Below are positions 1 to 10,620 of a DNA stretch of 64,000 nt, piece by piece. The stretch's first letter is position 1; every line of letters begins with the position of its first letter. The stretch is taken from IMG/VR virus record IMGVR_UViG_3300033463_000052. The stretch is one strand, 5' to 3'. The notes under the pieces were generated by a model, which saw nothing but the letters and a program-made list of their open reading frames with translations, searched no databases and was not told where the DNA came from. Both the position numbers and the translations under genes were made by a program. This DNA comes from an uncultured virus (IMG/VR IMGVR_UViG_3300033463_000052). Taxonomy: Duplodnaviria; Heunggongvirae; Uroviricota; Caudoviricetes.

Positions 1-219
1 TCTACAATAATATTTCATTTCGCCATTATCATTGTAGACTTTATCCACATCCTGCATTCCACATAAAATAAGCAAATTTGCCATTAAAGCACTTTTAGTT
101 AAAACGCAACCTTGACCATTTTTTAATTGTTCAATGGCAATATCTAAATGCGCTCTTAAATCTGATAATTGTTTAATAATATCCTCTTCATTTTTCGTAA
201 TATATTTATATTTACTCAT
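1..219 (-). CDS. hypothetical protein, runs off window edge
   Basis: Manual translation: ATG at 219 (MSKYKYITKNEEDIIKQLSDLRAH...), open to position 1, overlaps stop of upstream ORF. Confidence 0.6.
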   Translation of the reverse strand, partial: MSKYKYITKNEEDIIKQLSDLRAHLDIAIEQLKNGQGCVLTKSALMANLLILCGMQDVDKVYNDNGEMKYYCR

Positions 220-886
220 ATTTATTCTCCGAATTAATAATTTCCCATTCTAATAAATAATTATCAATATCTTCTTTATTTATTTTTTTATCTGTTAATT
301 GTTTATTATATAAATCAAAATTGTATTTTTGTTTATTTATATAAACATTATCATTTTTTATTCTATATCCAAGATTATAATAAGCAGAAAAATTATATAT
401 TTTTTCTGACGGAATTATATCATGTGTTGATATATTAAATATTCTTGGACTATCATTCACAATATTTAATATATGGTCTTTATCAATTACAATTCCTTCA
501 AAAGAAAAAGTAAAACTATTTTTTAACTTTGTTAATTTAATATATTCCCCATTAAAATATACATTTCCATTTCTTTCTAAAATATTACCAGATATGAATA
601 ATTTATTTGTCTGTTTTTCTAATAAATTATTAGAAGAAATACAGTAATATTTTGTTTTTCCATTCCAGACATATCCTTGTATGGTTGGATGGAATTTAGG
701 TATTAAGCTAATAAATTCTTTATATTTTTCAATATGAAATTTTTTATTTATAGAATAATAAACAGTTATTTCTTGTTGTTTATCTATTTCAATATTGAAT
801 CTTGCTTTTATATGTGATTGGAATAAATCAATTCGACATTCTTTTAATATTCCAACTATAGAAAATCTATTTAATAAAGAAATCAT
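212..886 (-). CDS. hypothetical phage protein
   Basis: 224 aa ORF coupled to neighbours; no recognised motif. Confidence 0.6.
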   Translation of the reverse strand: MISLLNRFSIVGILKECRIDLFQSHIKARFNIEIDKQQEITVYYSINKKFHIEKYKEFISLIPKFHPTIQGYVWNGKTKYYCISSNNLLEKQTNKLFISGNILERNGNVYFNGEYIKLTKLKNSFTFSFEGIVIDKDHILNIVNDSPRIFNISTHDIIPSEKIYNFSAYYNLGYRIKNDNVYINKQKYNFDLYNKQLTDKKINKEDIDNYLLEWEIINSENKYE

Positions 887-1320
887 AATAAAATATCTCC
901 ATTATTAAAAACTTCTAAAAATTTTTCTTTAGTTTTTTCATATAAGATTGTACTACAATAATCTCTTTTTTTATTTAAAAGCTTAAGAATGTATTCTTTA
1001 GGATAATCAGGAGTACAATCTTTACCAGAACCTTCTTTAAAATAACCTATTTCATTGTTCCATCCCCATGCATGTGGAATACCATCATAAGGAATGTGAA
1101 TAAATTTAATCCATTTTCCAATAATGTAAATATTATTTAATTTATCTAAAGAAATAGTAGAATAAATTAATTCTCCATTTGAATCTATTTCCCCAATGCC
1201 ATATTTACAAGAATAATGTGCAATTTTCCCATTGATTCCATCAATATAATAATTTGGCTCATTACCATTGTACATTTCTTCAGTATAATTTGGAAATGTT
1301 TCCATTAAAAAATTTTTCAC
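883..1320 (-). CDS. hypothetical phage protein
   Basis: 145 aa ORF with upstream SD and sigmaA promoter. Confidence 0.6.
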   Translation of the reverse strand: MKNFLMETFPNYTEEMYNGNEPNYYIDGINGKIAHYSCKYGIGEIDSNGELIYSTISLDKLNNIYIIGKWIKFIHIPYDGIPHAWGWNNEIGYFKEGSGKDCTPDYPKEYILKLLNKKRDYCSTILYEKTKEKFLEVFNNGDILL

Positions 1321-1352
1321 AATAAAATTTCCCTTTCTTTATAGATATATAA

Positions 1353-1381
1353 ATTATATCATAAAGAAAGGGAAATGTCAA
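1353..1381 (-). promoter_or_regulatory. sigmaA-type promoter; representative of many similar minus-strand promoters (e.g. ~1946-1974, ~11806-11834, ~19765-19792, ~21731-21759)
   Basis: Reverse complement reads TTGACA-N17-TATAAT with TGA before the -10. Confidence 0.85.
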
Positions 1382-1390
1382 GTATTAAAT

Positions 1391-1834
1391 TTATTTACCA
1401 AAACTTGGTTTCCTGCCATACCAATAATTTTTTTCACCTTTATGTGATTCTGATAATCTATTTCTTCTTCCATTTGTCCTTGCATTTTCTAAATTTGTTG
1501 TCCAATATAAATTATCAACACAATTATTTGTTTTATCTTTTAAATCGTCTTTATGCCCCACTTGTGGATAATTATTAGGGTTTGGAATAAACATAGTAGC
1601 AACCAATCTACTTATTCTAAAATTTTTACTTTTTGAATTTTTAGTAAGATTTACATTTAAATATCCTTTTTTATTTGTTCCAAATTTCAATATTTTTTCT
1701 TTATAATGAAGAATATTTCCATTTTTAGTTTTTATAAATCTTTCTAAACTTTTTACTCTTCCTAAATTAGATATTTGATAATATCCAGTATAATCATGTC
1801 CATCAATTATTATATCTTTCCAAATTTCTTCCAT
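1391..1834 (-). CDS. NUMOD4/HNH homing endonuclease
   Basis: EIWKDI...YQISNLGRVKS (NUMOD4); RLVATMFIPNP..QVGHKD...NNCVDNLYW (HNH_3-like). Confidence 0.9.
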   Translation of the reverse strand: MEEIWKDIIIDGHDYTGYYQISNLGRVKSLERFIKTKNGNILHYKEKILKFGTNKKGYLNVNLTKNSKSKNFRISRLVATMFIPNPNNYPQVGHKDDLKDKTNNCVDNLYWTTNLENARTNGRRNRLSESHKGEKNYWYGRKPSFGK

Positions 1835-1945
1835 TTATAAAATTCTCCTTACCTTAGAATTATTTTATTATATGAGTAAAAGGAACTGAGGTAAGCAGTT
1901 CCTTTTTAAAAGATAAGTTTGCGCTAACTTATCTACCTCTATTAT
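1835..1945 (-). ncRNA. structured 5' leader of homing endonuclease gene (copy 1)
   Basis: Multi-stem fold; loop CUUACCU (1889-1895) complementary to AGGUAAG (1848-1854) overlapping the SD. Confidence 0.7.
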
Positions 1946-1983
1946 ATTATATCATATTTTTAATATTTTGTCAAGTATTTTTT

Positions 1984-2601
1984 TCAACTAAATGGGTCAA
2001 AATCATCTTCATCATCAACAAAAGGTGAATCAGAATTAGATTCTGTATCATTATTGGTCACATTTTCATCAGAAAATGGATCAATAAATTCTTCCTTCTT
2101 GCTTTCTGCAACCTTAGATTCATCAATTTCCTTTAAGGCTGGGATAGTAAAATCTCCCTTTTCAATTGCTTCAAGAGAACGAACAGAGGCAACATAATTA
2201 CGAACACGCTTCTGGCCTTTAGTGTTAAGATATTCTTCATCAGCAATAATTAAACCAATATACTTCTTAACAAGAGTCTTTTCGTCAAAATTCCACTTAT
2301 AATTCTTATTTGACTTTTCAACAGCAGTACAGAATCCCTTAAACATTGAAAGGGCGGCTTCCTTGTAAGAACGAATAAGAGTACCAGCAATAGGCCACTT
2401 CTTATCCTTACGAGTATCAGAATCATAAAGCTTTTGGAAATAACCCTTATTATCTCCCTTTACAATATCGAAATAAATCTTAAGATATTCCTTATCTGAA
2501 ACATCTTCTACTGCCTTGATAGCACAAATATAAGCTCCCGGTTCAAGACGCTTAAAATCTGAATTTTCCTTAATATTTTCCCAATCGTTAATCTTCTTCA
2601 A
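1984..2601 (-). CDS. putative single-stranded DNA-binding protein
   Basis: LEPGAYICAI N-terminal motif, acidic tail ending DDFDPFS, directly downstream of Sak4-like gene. Confidence 0.65.
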   Translation of the reverse strand: MKKINDWENIKENSDFKRLEPGAYICAIKAVEDVSDKEYLKIYFDIVKGDNKGYFQKLYDSDTRKDKKWPIAGTLIRSYKEAALSMFKGFCTAVEKSNKNYKWNFDEKTLVKKYIGLIIADEEYLNTKGQKRVRNYVASVRSLEAIEKGDFTIPALKEIDESKVAESKKEEFIDPFSDENVTNNDTESNSDSPFVDDEDDFDPFS

Positions 2602-2617
2602 TTTTATTTCTCCTTAA

Positions 2618-3247
2618 TTAAAAATCTTCAAGTGCTTTAATAACCAAAGTAATATCATTATCAATGGTATCTTCATCAAAAGCCCCCATTGGGGTCTTTG
2701 CCGTACTATTATGTGCTCTTGTCTCAAAAATATATTTACCTTCTGATTCTTTTGCAACAAGCACTGTTGTCATCTTACTTTCAAGACAAATCTTATTAAG
2801 CTTTCTGCCATTTGTAAGCATACAAGTAAAACCATCATCACTTGTCTGTGAATGAGCCAAAAGAATTACATATAAATCTTCTCTCATTTTGTTTGAATAA
2901 TCTACAATATTGAAAACTGATTGAGCTAAATCCATCCATTTATCATATGTTTTTTCTTTAGCCCTTCTCATTTCATCACCAACCATAATGCCATTAAGAG
3001 TATCAATAATAAGATACTTAATATGCTTTTGCTTGGTATCAATTTGTTCCATTACCTTGTAAATCTGTTCTGCATCATCAGAACGATAATAGTTTTTGTT
3101 TTCTTTACAATACTGTTTTCGCCAGCCTTTCCAACTCAAACCCTTACCATCTGCATCAATATAAAAAGCTTCCTTATAATTAAGATTTCTAAGACTTGTT
3201 GTTTTACCAGACCCACTTGGGCCAATAATCATAATTGCCTTACTCAA
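2618..3247 (-). CDS. Sak4-like AAA ATPase (single-strand annealing protein)
   Basis: Walker A GPSGSGKT, Walker B LIIDT, LAH and AKTPMG motifs; SSB neighbour. Confidence 0.8.
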   Translation of the reverse strand: MSKAIMIIGPSGSGKTTSLRNLNYKEAFYIDADGKGLSWKGWRKQYCKENKNYYRSDDAEQIYKVMEQIDTKQKHIKYLIIDTLNGIMVGDEMRRAKEKTYDKWMDLAQSVFNIVDYSNKMREDLYVILLAHSQTSDDGFTCMLTNGRKLNKICLESKMTTVLVAKESEGKYIFETRAHNSTAKTPMGAFDEDTIDNDITLVIKALEDF

Positions 3248-3320
3248 ATTTTACATTCCTCCTAAAAATAGTTCAAGCCTTTTCGACTTTTCTATATTAT
3301 ATCATAAATAATTTTATTTG

Positions 3321-3665
3321 TCAATCATAATTTTTATTTAAAACAGATTCCATCATTTTGCAAAATCCAAGAATCATTTTAATAACTCTTTCTGAAGGAT
3401 TAGATTCTAACCATCTTAACCCAATAGATTCAAATTCAAAACATGGCTCTTTGGGATTCCATTCTAAACACCCAACAGAATAACAATATTTTGTAATTTG
3501 TCTTTCTTCCCCTGTTTCACCATCTATTGCAGTATGTGGTTCACATTCTTCCCATTTTACAATATCAAATCTTGTTGGTGTTTCTGGATATTTACCCAAA
3601 CAAAGAAGTGAATTTATATCTCTAACTTGAAATCCATCAACAATAGGTGTATATTCTCTTACCAT
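3321..3665 (-). CDS. hypothetical phage protein
   Basis: 114 aa ORF in operon. Confidence 0.55.
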   Translation of the reverse strand: MVREYTPIVDGFQVRDINSLLCLGKYPETPTRFDIVKWEECEPHTAIDGETGEERQITKYCYSVGCLEWNPKEPCFEFESIGLRWLESNPSERVIKMILGFCKMMESVLNKNYD

Positions 3666-3856
3666 TTTAATTCTACCCCTGTTATATCAATTATTTTTAT
3701 ATTTCCATTTTCATCTATTTTAATTGTATTATAATAACAATAATCATTCATTAAACATTTTATTGCTCTTTTACTTGAAAACATACAATTATGATGAATA
3801 CCATTTTCTGAAATGATTGGTCTGCTATTTATACAAGTATCACATTTATTTTCCAT
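3659..3856 (-). CDS. small Cys-rich hypothetical protein
   Basis: 65 aa ORF overlapping next gene. Confidence 0.5.
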   Translation of the reverse strand: MENKCDTCINSRPIISENGIHHNCMFSSKRAIKCLMNDYCYYNTIKIDENGNIKIIDITGVELKW

Positions 3857-3886
3857 TTTTTTATTTGTTAAAATCTTGTGACGGAA

Positions 3887-4810
3887 TTAAACCGCCACAA
3901 GATTCATAGCCTTGTCAAGAATTGGGTGACCATTCATAATCTTTCCCCAATTATTCTCTTGATAATTAGTAGTAAGTCTGGCAGGAATGGAATGCCCAAC
4001 ATAATCAGACACAGCATTAATAAAACCCCACTTTGTTCCAAGGAACTGTGCAATATCTGGACGAACCATACAAATCATAATTCCATCCTTTGCGTTTTGT
4101 ACATTCTGCTTCTGTCTATCACTTGCATCTTCATCAATAGGAAACATTTCATCAAGTGTCTTAATAACATCGTCTTCCTTCATTGTTTCATTTGCAAGCT
4201 TTTCTGCTTCAATACTAAGATTATCAAGATATTCATTTGCAAGCTCAAGTGTCTGTCTTGCTTCAGAAAGTTTAGCGCTCATATCGCCCATATGTTTAGT
4301 TGACCAACTTCTTTTGGCACTATGAAGTGCCATGTTAAGCGTATTATTGCAGACCACACGAATGGGGGTCATAGCAATTTTAACAGCACCAGTACCATCA
4401 TGGGAATTAGAAAACACGATATAAGGTTCAAATTTATCTCCGCAAATAAATCTATCTGGCATTTTTCCCAGAAGCCAAATCGTTCTGCCCTTCTTCAAAG
4501 AACCAGCAGTTTCATACCTCATTTCATTTCCAATCAAAGCATCCGTAAAATCAAACGCTTCTACATTCTGAACAATTTTATATTTGTCTGTGACAACGCC
4601 AAGAATAGAATTGTCAGAAGACCTTGTATTGGCTTTAAATCCTTTAATTTCATTACCATACATATCAAAGATTGGGTTACTCTGAACAAGCCAATCAAGA
4701 CCAGCAAGCTTAATTGCATCACGAGAAGTGGGCGCTTCTTCAATAATTTCGCCAAGTCCATGCCAAGGCTTCTCTCTTACTGCAAACATAGTTTCAACAT
4801 TAGCGGGCAT
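3887..4810 (-). CDS. DUF932-family phage/plasmid protein
   Basis: REKPWHGLG, YETAGSL, NSHDG, TPIRVVCNNTL, WGFINAVSDY motifs. Confidence 0.9.
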   Translation of the reverse strand: MPANVETMFAVREKPWHGLGEIIEEAPTSRDAIKLAGLDWLVQSNPIFDMYGNEIKGFKANTRSSDNSILGVVTDKYKIVQNVEAFDFTDALIGNEMRYETAGSLKKGRTIWLLGKMPDRFICGDKFEPYIVFSNSHDGTGAVKIAMTPIRVVCNNTLNMALHSAKRSWSTKHMGDMSAKLSEARQTLELANEYLDNLSIEAEKLANETMKEDDVIKTLDEMFPIDEDASDRQKQNVQNAKDGIMICMVRPDIAQFLGTKWGFINAVSDYVGHSIPARLTTNYQENNWGKIMNGHPILDKAMNLVAV

Positions 4811-4891
4811 AATACATATCTCCTTTTATTTTTTTATTTTTTTTGGTCTTTTTTAATTCCGTGTGTATTATATCATATAAAATCTATTTTG

Positions 4892-5101
4892 TCAATAGTT
4901 ATTTTTAAAATAATTTAAAAGTGTATTTGGAAAAAATTCTGTTTGAACATTAATTGATGGTGTTAAATCTGGTGCAAAAGAAATACTAATATAAATATTT
5001 GATATATTTTCTAAATCTGCTACCATTGATGAAGCATTGTCAATTAATCCTTGTCCAACTTCTCTAATTTGTTCTATTAATTGTTTATTATCAAATTTCA
5101 T
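4892..5101 (-). CDS. hypothetical protein
   Basis: 69 aa coupled ORF. Confidence 0.5.
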   Translation of the reverse strand: MKFDNKQLIEQIREVGQGLIDNASSMVADLENISNIYISISFAPDLTPSINVQTEFFPNTLLNYFKNNY

Positions 5102-5420
5102 TTTTCAAAATTTCCTTTTTATTTTCCCATACATATTTAACAAATTTATCCCAATTTAATTTTAATTGGTCATAAACATCTATTTTTTCTTCTTTAAATT
5201 TATCCCATCGAGGCCAACAAGTTAGAATAATTTCATATTCACATTTTGACCAAAAATAATACATACAAATTCTTTTTAATTCTGTTGAAAAATCTTCAAT
5301 TGTTTTACATTTTTTTATTATTTTTTTTAAATCTTCACAAAATGAATAATGTTTAAAAACATTGAAAATAATTATTTTTCTTTTATTAATATCTTCAAGA
5401 TAAGTATTCCATTCCAACAT
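5091..5420 (-). CDS. conserved hypothetical phage protein
   Basis: YYFWSKCEYEII...KIDVYDQ motif; coupled to DnaE. Confidence 0.6.
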   Translation of the reverse strand: MLEWNTYLEDINKRKIIIFNVFKHYSFCEDLKKIIKKCKTIEDFSTELKRICMYYFWSKCEYEIILTCWPRWDKFKEEKIDVYDQLKLNWDKFVKYVWENKKEILKNEI

Positions 5421-8400
5421 TATAAATCCTCCTTTTTATAACATTTAATTATTATTTCCTTTTCTCCTGTTTTTAAAAATGAACCATTTTCTGATTTTCT
5501 AAACTTATCCTTTTCTTGGAAAACACAAGTTATAATGTCGCCTATTTCTGCTTTATGTGTTGCAGACCATTTTTTATTTACTTTATATTGTTTTGAAGCC
5601 CCATAATGAATATTATATAAAGTAAATTTTTGCGTTCCAAAAGAAGAAGATTCAATATCTGTAATAATCCATGTAGTAGTTGGAATAGAAACATCAGATA
5701 ATGTTGTATACCCAAGAAATTCAATTTGCCATTTTATCAAATCAAAAACTGTAGTCTTTTCAATGTTTGATTTTTTTATCATTTTTGAAATTAATTTTTT
5801 ATTATCTATATCACGGAATTGTTTTTCTGTTTCTTTACCAGAACATTCTTTAATAATATTAATTTCTTCTTCAGTAAGTTTAGATTTTGAAATTACTTTA
5901 CTATCAATATATTTTTTATAAATTTCAAATTCTGTCATCAATTTTTTAGGAGAACCAAATTGAGAAAAATAATTTAATTTAAACAGAATTTCAATAGCTT
6001 TACTATTTATTCTATTATCAGAAATTAAATATTGATAAATTTCTGCCCTATTTTTGACACCTTTTAAACTTAATTCATAAAGAGCTTCAGGAGTAGACTT
6101 TGGCATATCTTTAATACTTGTCATTGTTTGAATAATACAATTATTTTCTTTGTCAATATTAAATTGTCTATTATCATCTCCAAATTTAATTTCTTTAAGA
6201 GAAAATCCACGTTTAATCATTTCTTGTTTAATTAAAGAAACTTTATTTTTTTCTCCTTTATTAGTAAATCTTTGAAGAACTACTTTATAAAATTCCAAAG
6301 GATAATATGCTTTAAGATAAGCAATTGTAACACTATCAATAGCCATACAATAAGCATGGGCAGAATTACAAGTTATAATTCCATCATTTGCTACAAAGTT
6401 ATGACCAACATCTTCGCTCATTTCTACATCATAAACATCTTCAATAATATTTTTTGCAATTGAAATTATTTTTTCAGTATTACATTCAATCCCATTTTCA
6501 TATTGTTTTATCCTGCCATGTTTATAATGTATTTTTTTATGGCAAGAACAACATAACCACATATAATTATCTTCAATATTATTGAATCTATTAAAATCTT
6601 TATGATGCACTTCAAATCTTTTTTCTAAAGAATAAGTTTCCCCACAACATTCGCATTGGCATAATAAATTTATTTTTTTATTTCTATAGTTTTCATAAAC
6701 AACAGAATCACCATTTATCTTTTTTTGAAAACCACATTCACCCTTTTTAGGAAAATTATTTTCAAAATTATTTGTTAATCTTGTATTAAAAAATTTTTTC
6801 TTATATTCACCTTGAACATAAAGTAAATCATTAATTTTTAAATCTTTTAATAATTTAATTCCTTCAACTGTTGGGAATTTATGGTTTTCAGTGGCCTTAA
6901 TTTTTCTTCCTGTTTCTGTTTTTATAATATAAGTTAAAGCTTTTGGTTGTTTATAAATATCAATAATCTTATTTTTATAAATTTTTCCATCTTTCATTGA
7001 TAATCCATAACCATAACCATAAAGATTATATTTATCATGCAAACTTTTATGTCCTGTACTTTTTGCATAATTTATATCGTGTTTAATCTTATACATTTCT
7101 TCTATTGTTGGAATAAAATTGCCATTATTACTTGGTTTTTTAATAATTGTATCACCAGATACACAATTAAACCCATACGCCGCACTATTTTCTACAATAG
7201 TCCAAACTTGTGTGGCTAATTCATTTGCTTTTTCTATATCGTTTGTTTCACCAGTAGCAATAATAGCAAGTGCAAAATTTTTAATAAACTTTGGTTTTGC
7301 ATCTTTGATAATATAATCTTTCTTTTTAGAAATTGCTTTTATAATTGTATAAGTATCGCTCATAGGAAATCCAGCAAATTCCAAAACCTTCATAAGACTT
7401 TCTTGATAAAGAATAAAAGAAGAAGAACAATATTCATCTTGAAGTAATTGGTCAAGTGCTTTAATGCCATATTCAAAATGCTGTCTACTTTCAAAAGTAT
7501 GATACATAGATTGAAAAGAAGGTCTTATTCCTGCTACAAATTGAGTAAGTTCTGATATATTTTTAGGTTTATATCTCATTACTTTAGCAGTTGATTTAGG
7601 TTGCTCACATTGATTAACACATTGAGTAAAACCATTAGCATAAATATCCCAAACTTTTTTATCATCTTTTACTTTTTCAAGTAATTGGTTTACAGAATAT
7701 GGTTCAATCCCAATTTCTTTATAAATATCATAAGTTAATCCAATTGAATCAACAATAAGATAATCTTGTTTTAAATAGCCAAAAGCATCAATTGTTCCTG
7801 ATTCTATAACAGCAGTTAATACTTTATTTCCAGTAGCTTCAGATTTACATAATACAATTCCTATATCTGATTCTACATCACCATCATAAGCAATCGTAGC
7901 ACATGGATGCCCTTTTATAGTATCATAAATTCCTAAATATTTTTGGCAACCTTTTACTAAATCTTTATATTGATTATCAATATAATCTTCTATATTTATA
8001 TCTTCATTTTCTTCTGCGTGTTTTTTTGCTAATTCATAAGAACTTAATTGTTTAGAAACTTCATTTGCAGTTTCAGGAGAAATACCATTTGCTCTTGCAT
8101 ACATCTTCCAAGCGGCTTTTAATTTGAGTGTACCTAAAGCAATTAAATCATAAGTACCTAAATCCCCAATTAACTCCTTTTGTGCTTGAATAAATGGTTC
8201 TCTGGAACTTACGTTGTTGTCGATATCGGGCGGCGTATGCGATTCTAAAACTCTTTCTTTGGTTAGAAATCTTTCAGAGTACATAAGAACAGAGCTATTT
8301 ACTTTATCTACTTTTGTTAATCTTAAAAGCTTATTAAGATACATAGAAACAGCAGAACCGCGCCCTGTAGGTGTTAATACTCCACCATATTTTTCTTGCC

Positions 8401-9466
8401 CATATTTCATAATATAATATGACAAAATAAAATAATCTGCCATATTACAAGCTTCAATTTCTTTTATATCATGATTTATTTCTTTTCTATATTCTTCGTA
8501 TTTATCTTTATTAATATCCCATTTTTGTTCTTTCCATTCATTTTTCAAAATAGATTCAAAAATTTTATTTCTTTCTTCTTGTGTTTTATTTTTTAAAGAT
8601 TTAATTACAGGAACTTTTAATGAACGGTCAAGAATAATATCTTCAAATTTAAAAATGATATTTGTGTTATCTATTGCTTCTTTAATTTCTTCATTTTTCA
8701 AAATGTCTTGTTCTTGGAATCTTTTAAAAAGCACATTATAAGTAGGAAAATCCATATACCAACCCTCTTCATCTTCATAACTTATATGTGCTGATTCTAA
8801 TAAATCATCCCTATCTACCATTTGATTTTCATTAATAACATGACTATCAACACCAGCAATAATAGGAATATTTAATTCATTATGCATTGTGATAATGTGT
8901 TTATTTAATTCTTTCTGTGAATCAGTATTATGTGGTTGTACTTCAAGAAAAAAATATTTAAATCTATCAGCTAAATATTGAACAAAATCGTCAATATCTT
9001 CGTATTTATTCCAAAATGCAATACAAGCAGTAGTAATCATAACATCATTACCATCAAGCATATCTAACAATTCTTTATCTATTCTTGGGCGATAATAATA
9101 TCCGTCTTTATTAGCAATAGAAATAATCTTATTAATCTGTTTTCTTCCCTTATCATTCCTTGCTAATAAAATAATATGGCAATTAGACTTGTCTTCTTCA
9201 TGTCTATCTTTAACCCAATAAGCTTCAACACCAAAAACAAATCTAATATTAGTATTGTTCTTTTTATTATATTTTTCTAAATCATCATAAGTTTTAAAAT
9301 AATTCCCAGCCCATCCATGTTCAACAGTAGTATAGATACATTCCCTGTTTCCATATCTTTTTCTTAATTCGTTCCAATAATCTTTATGAACAAGTGGACT
9401 GTCCTTTGTATAAACATTAGATAATGAAGTATGCTTATGATAATTTACCCAAATAGGTTCTTCCAT
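5420..9466 (-). CDS. dnaE: DNA polymerase III alpha subunit (family C) with intein
   Basis: PHP domain (NYHKHT, GVEAY, DSH), GRGSAV, PPDIDN catalytic motif, YQE, YGFN...SAHAY. Confidence 0.95.
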   Translation of the reverse strand: MEEPIWVNYHKHTSLSNVYTKDSPLVHKDYWNELRKRYGNRECIYTTVEHGWAGNYFKTYDDLEKYNKKNNTNIRFVFGVEAYWVKDRHEEDKSNCHIILLARNDKGRKQINKIISIANKDGYYYRPRIDKELLDMLDGNDVMITTACIAFWNKYEDIDDFVQYLADRFKYFFLEVQPHNTDSQKELNKHIITMHNELNIPIIAGVDSHVINENQMVDRDDLLESAHISYEDEEGWYMDFPTYNVLFKRFQEQDILKNEEIKEAIDNTNIIFKFEDIILDRSLKVPVIKSLKNKTQEERNKIFESILKNEWKEQKWDINKDKYEEYRKEINHDIKEIEACNMADYFILSYYIMKYGQEKYGGVLTPTGRGSAVSMYLNKLLRLTKVDKVNSSVLMYSERFLTKERVLESHTPPDIDNNVSSREPFIQAQKELIGDLGTYDLIALGTLKLKAAWKMYARANGISPETANEVSKQLSSYELAKKHAEENEDINIEDYIDNQYKDLVKGCQKYLGIYDTIKGHPCATIAYDGDVESDIGIVLCKSEATGNKVLTAVIESGTIDAFGYLKQDYLIVDSIGLTYDIYKEIGIEPYSVNQLLEKVKDDKKVWDIYANGFTQCVNQCEQPKSTAKVMRYKPKNISELTQFVAGIRPSFQSMYHTFESRQHFEYGIKALDQLLQDEYCSSSFILYQESLMKVLEFAGFPMSDTYTIIKAISKKKDYIIKDAKPKFIKNFALAIIATGETNDIEKANELATQVWTIVENSAAYGFNCVSGDTIIKKPSNNGNFIPTIEEMYKIKHDINYAKSTGHKSLHDKYNLYGYGYGLSMKDGKIYKNKIIDIYKQPKALTYIIKTETGRKIKATENHKFPTVEGIKLLKDLKINDLLYVQGEYKKKFFNTRLTNNFENNFPKKGECGFQKKINGDSVVYENYRNKKINLLCQCECCGETYSLEKRFEVHHKDFNRFNNIEDNYMWLCCSCHKKIHYKHGRIKQYENGIECNTEKIISIAKNIIEDVYDVEMSEDVGHNFVANDGIITCNSAHAYCMAIDSVTIAYLKAYYPLEFYKVVLQRFTNKGEKNKVSLIKQEMIKRGFSLKEIKFGDDNRQFNIDKENNCIIQTMTSIKDMPKSTPEALYELSLKGVKNRAEIYQYLISDNRINSKAIEILFKLNYFSQFGSPKKLMTEFEIYKKYIDSKVISKSKLTEEEINIIKECSGKETEKQFRDIDNKKLISKMIKKSNIEKTTVFDLIKWQIEFLGYTTLSDVSIPTTTWIITDIESSSFGTQKFTLYNIHYGASKQYKVNKKWSATHKAEIGDIITCVFQEKDKFRKSENGSFLKTGEKEIIIKCYKKEDL
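6365..7165 (-). mobile_element. 267-aa intein in DnaE with internal HNH-type nuclease domain
   Basis: Begins CVSGDT after YGFN; block B IKATENHKF; ends VYDVEM...HNFVANDGIITCN followed by Ser; internal CECC...EVHHKD...LCCSCHKKIH. Confidence 0.92.
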
Positions 9467-9919
9467 TTATCCATACCACCAACCCTCAAATTGTTTTTTA
9501 TATTCTGGATAATTGTCTATCATTTTTTTAAATTTAGTATCAATTTTATTCCAATCTTCTTCTGAAATACCACCACAATCATACTTTTCTTGAAGATTAA
9601 AATAATTTTGAACTAAATATCTTTCATTATGCCAATTTGAAAATAAGTCATTTCTTGTAATATATGTTGACCACAATGGAAGATATTTCTTAAAACTTTT
9701 TTCTTTATAATGATACCCCCGTTTTACTAATTCATAACATACTAAAGAAGTATAACAAATAAAATGTTTTAAATCATAATTCATTATTCTATTGACAAGA
9801 ATGTGATTGGGTGTCCCGTCTTCATCAATAGCTTTTGCAATAGCGCAACATTCACGCCATTGTGAAATTAGTTGTTCTCTTGGAAGAACATCAATTAAAT
9901 CTTTATGCCAAAGACGCAT
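9467..9919 (-). CDS. pyrimidine dimer DNA glycosylase / endonuclease V-like
   Basis: MRLWH..LI..LPREQL.SQWREC, HILVN motifs. Confidence 0.8.
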   Translation of the reverse strand: MRLWHKDLIDVLPREQLISQWRECCAIAKAIDEDGTPNHILVNRIMNYDLKHFICYTSLVCYELVKRGYHYKEKSFKKYLPLWSTYITRNDLFSNWHNERYLVQNYFNLQEKYDCGGISEEDWNKIDTKFKKMIDNYPEYKKQFEGWWYG

Positions 9920-9985
9920 AATAAAAATCCTCCTTTATAGATATATAAATTATATCATATAAAAGAGGATTTGTCAAGTTAATTA

Positions 9986-10378
9986 TTATTCGATTGTATA
10001 AGAAGTAGAATAATAATTTTTAGCTACATAAATATTAATATATTTATTATCTTCTTTTTCACCAAAAATTATAGTATCACCAGTAGCCCAAGAATGATAA
10101 AAACTTTTTTTATTGTCTTCAAGATTTTTTCTTACTATGTTAATACCCTCTTGAATTTCTGAATCACTTAAAATCTTTCCCTTTCCAAATTGGAAAAAAG
10201 ATTGTGGGAATTTAAAAGGAGTTCTTTCTTCAATAATGATTTCATTACCACATTCTGGACAAATAAATCCATAATGTCTTTCATCTAAATCAATTATATC
10301 ACTATCTGCATACAAAAAATCAGTATTACAAAAGTTACAACGAATTTCTTTTTCTTTATTATTATACTTATACCTTAT
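9986..10378 (-). CDS. Zn-ribbon hypothetical protein
   Basis: CNFC...CPEC; start probably MIRYKY. Confidence 0.55.
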   Translation of the reverse strand: MRYKYNNKEKEIRCNFCNTDFLYADSDIIDLDERHYGFICPECGNEIIIEERTPFKFPQSFFQFGKGKILSDSEIQEGINIVRKNLEDNKKSFYHSWATGDTIIFGEKEDNKYINIYVAKNYYSTSYTIE

Positions 10379-10607
10379 CATTTTCAACTTCCTTATTATT
10401 AACATAATTATTTATTCTACTTTGTGATTCAATAATTTTATTATCAATAAATTTTTTAATCTTTCTTGTACTTGTCATTGAAGAAATTTCTTTTTTAATT
10501 TCAAATAAACAAGCATTCCACCCTACGATTGTTCCATTTAAAAAACTTTTTTCTGCTAAATCTTTAGTTTCCTTTTCTATAAGTTCTTGTAACTTTTTAT
10601 CTTCCAT
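10368..10607 (-). CDS. hypothetical protein
   Basis: 79 aa ORF with SD. Confidence 0.55.
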   Translation of the reverse strand: MEDKKLQELIEKETKDLAEKSFLNGTIVGWNACLFEIKKEISSMTSTRKIKKFIDNKIIESQSRINNYVNNKEVENDKV

Positions 10608-10620
10608 ATTTTACCCTTTC

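Noticed and set aside
41..49. Perfect DnaA box TTATCCACA
   Set aside because: Single copy inside a coding region.
3878..4918. Long antisense ORFs opposite DUF932, and similar shadow ORFs elsewhere
   Set aside because: Shadows of real genes with no motifs or SD.
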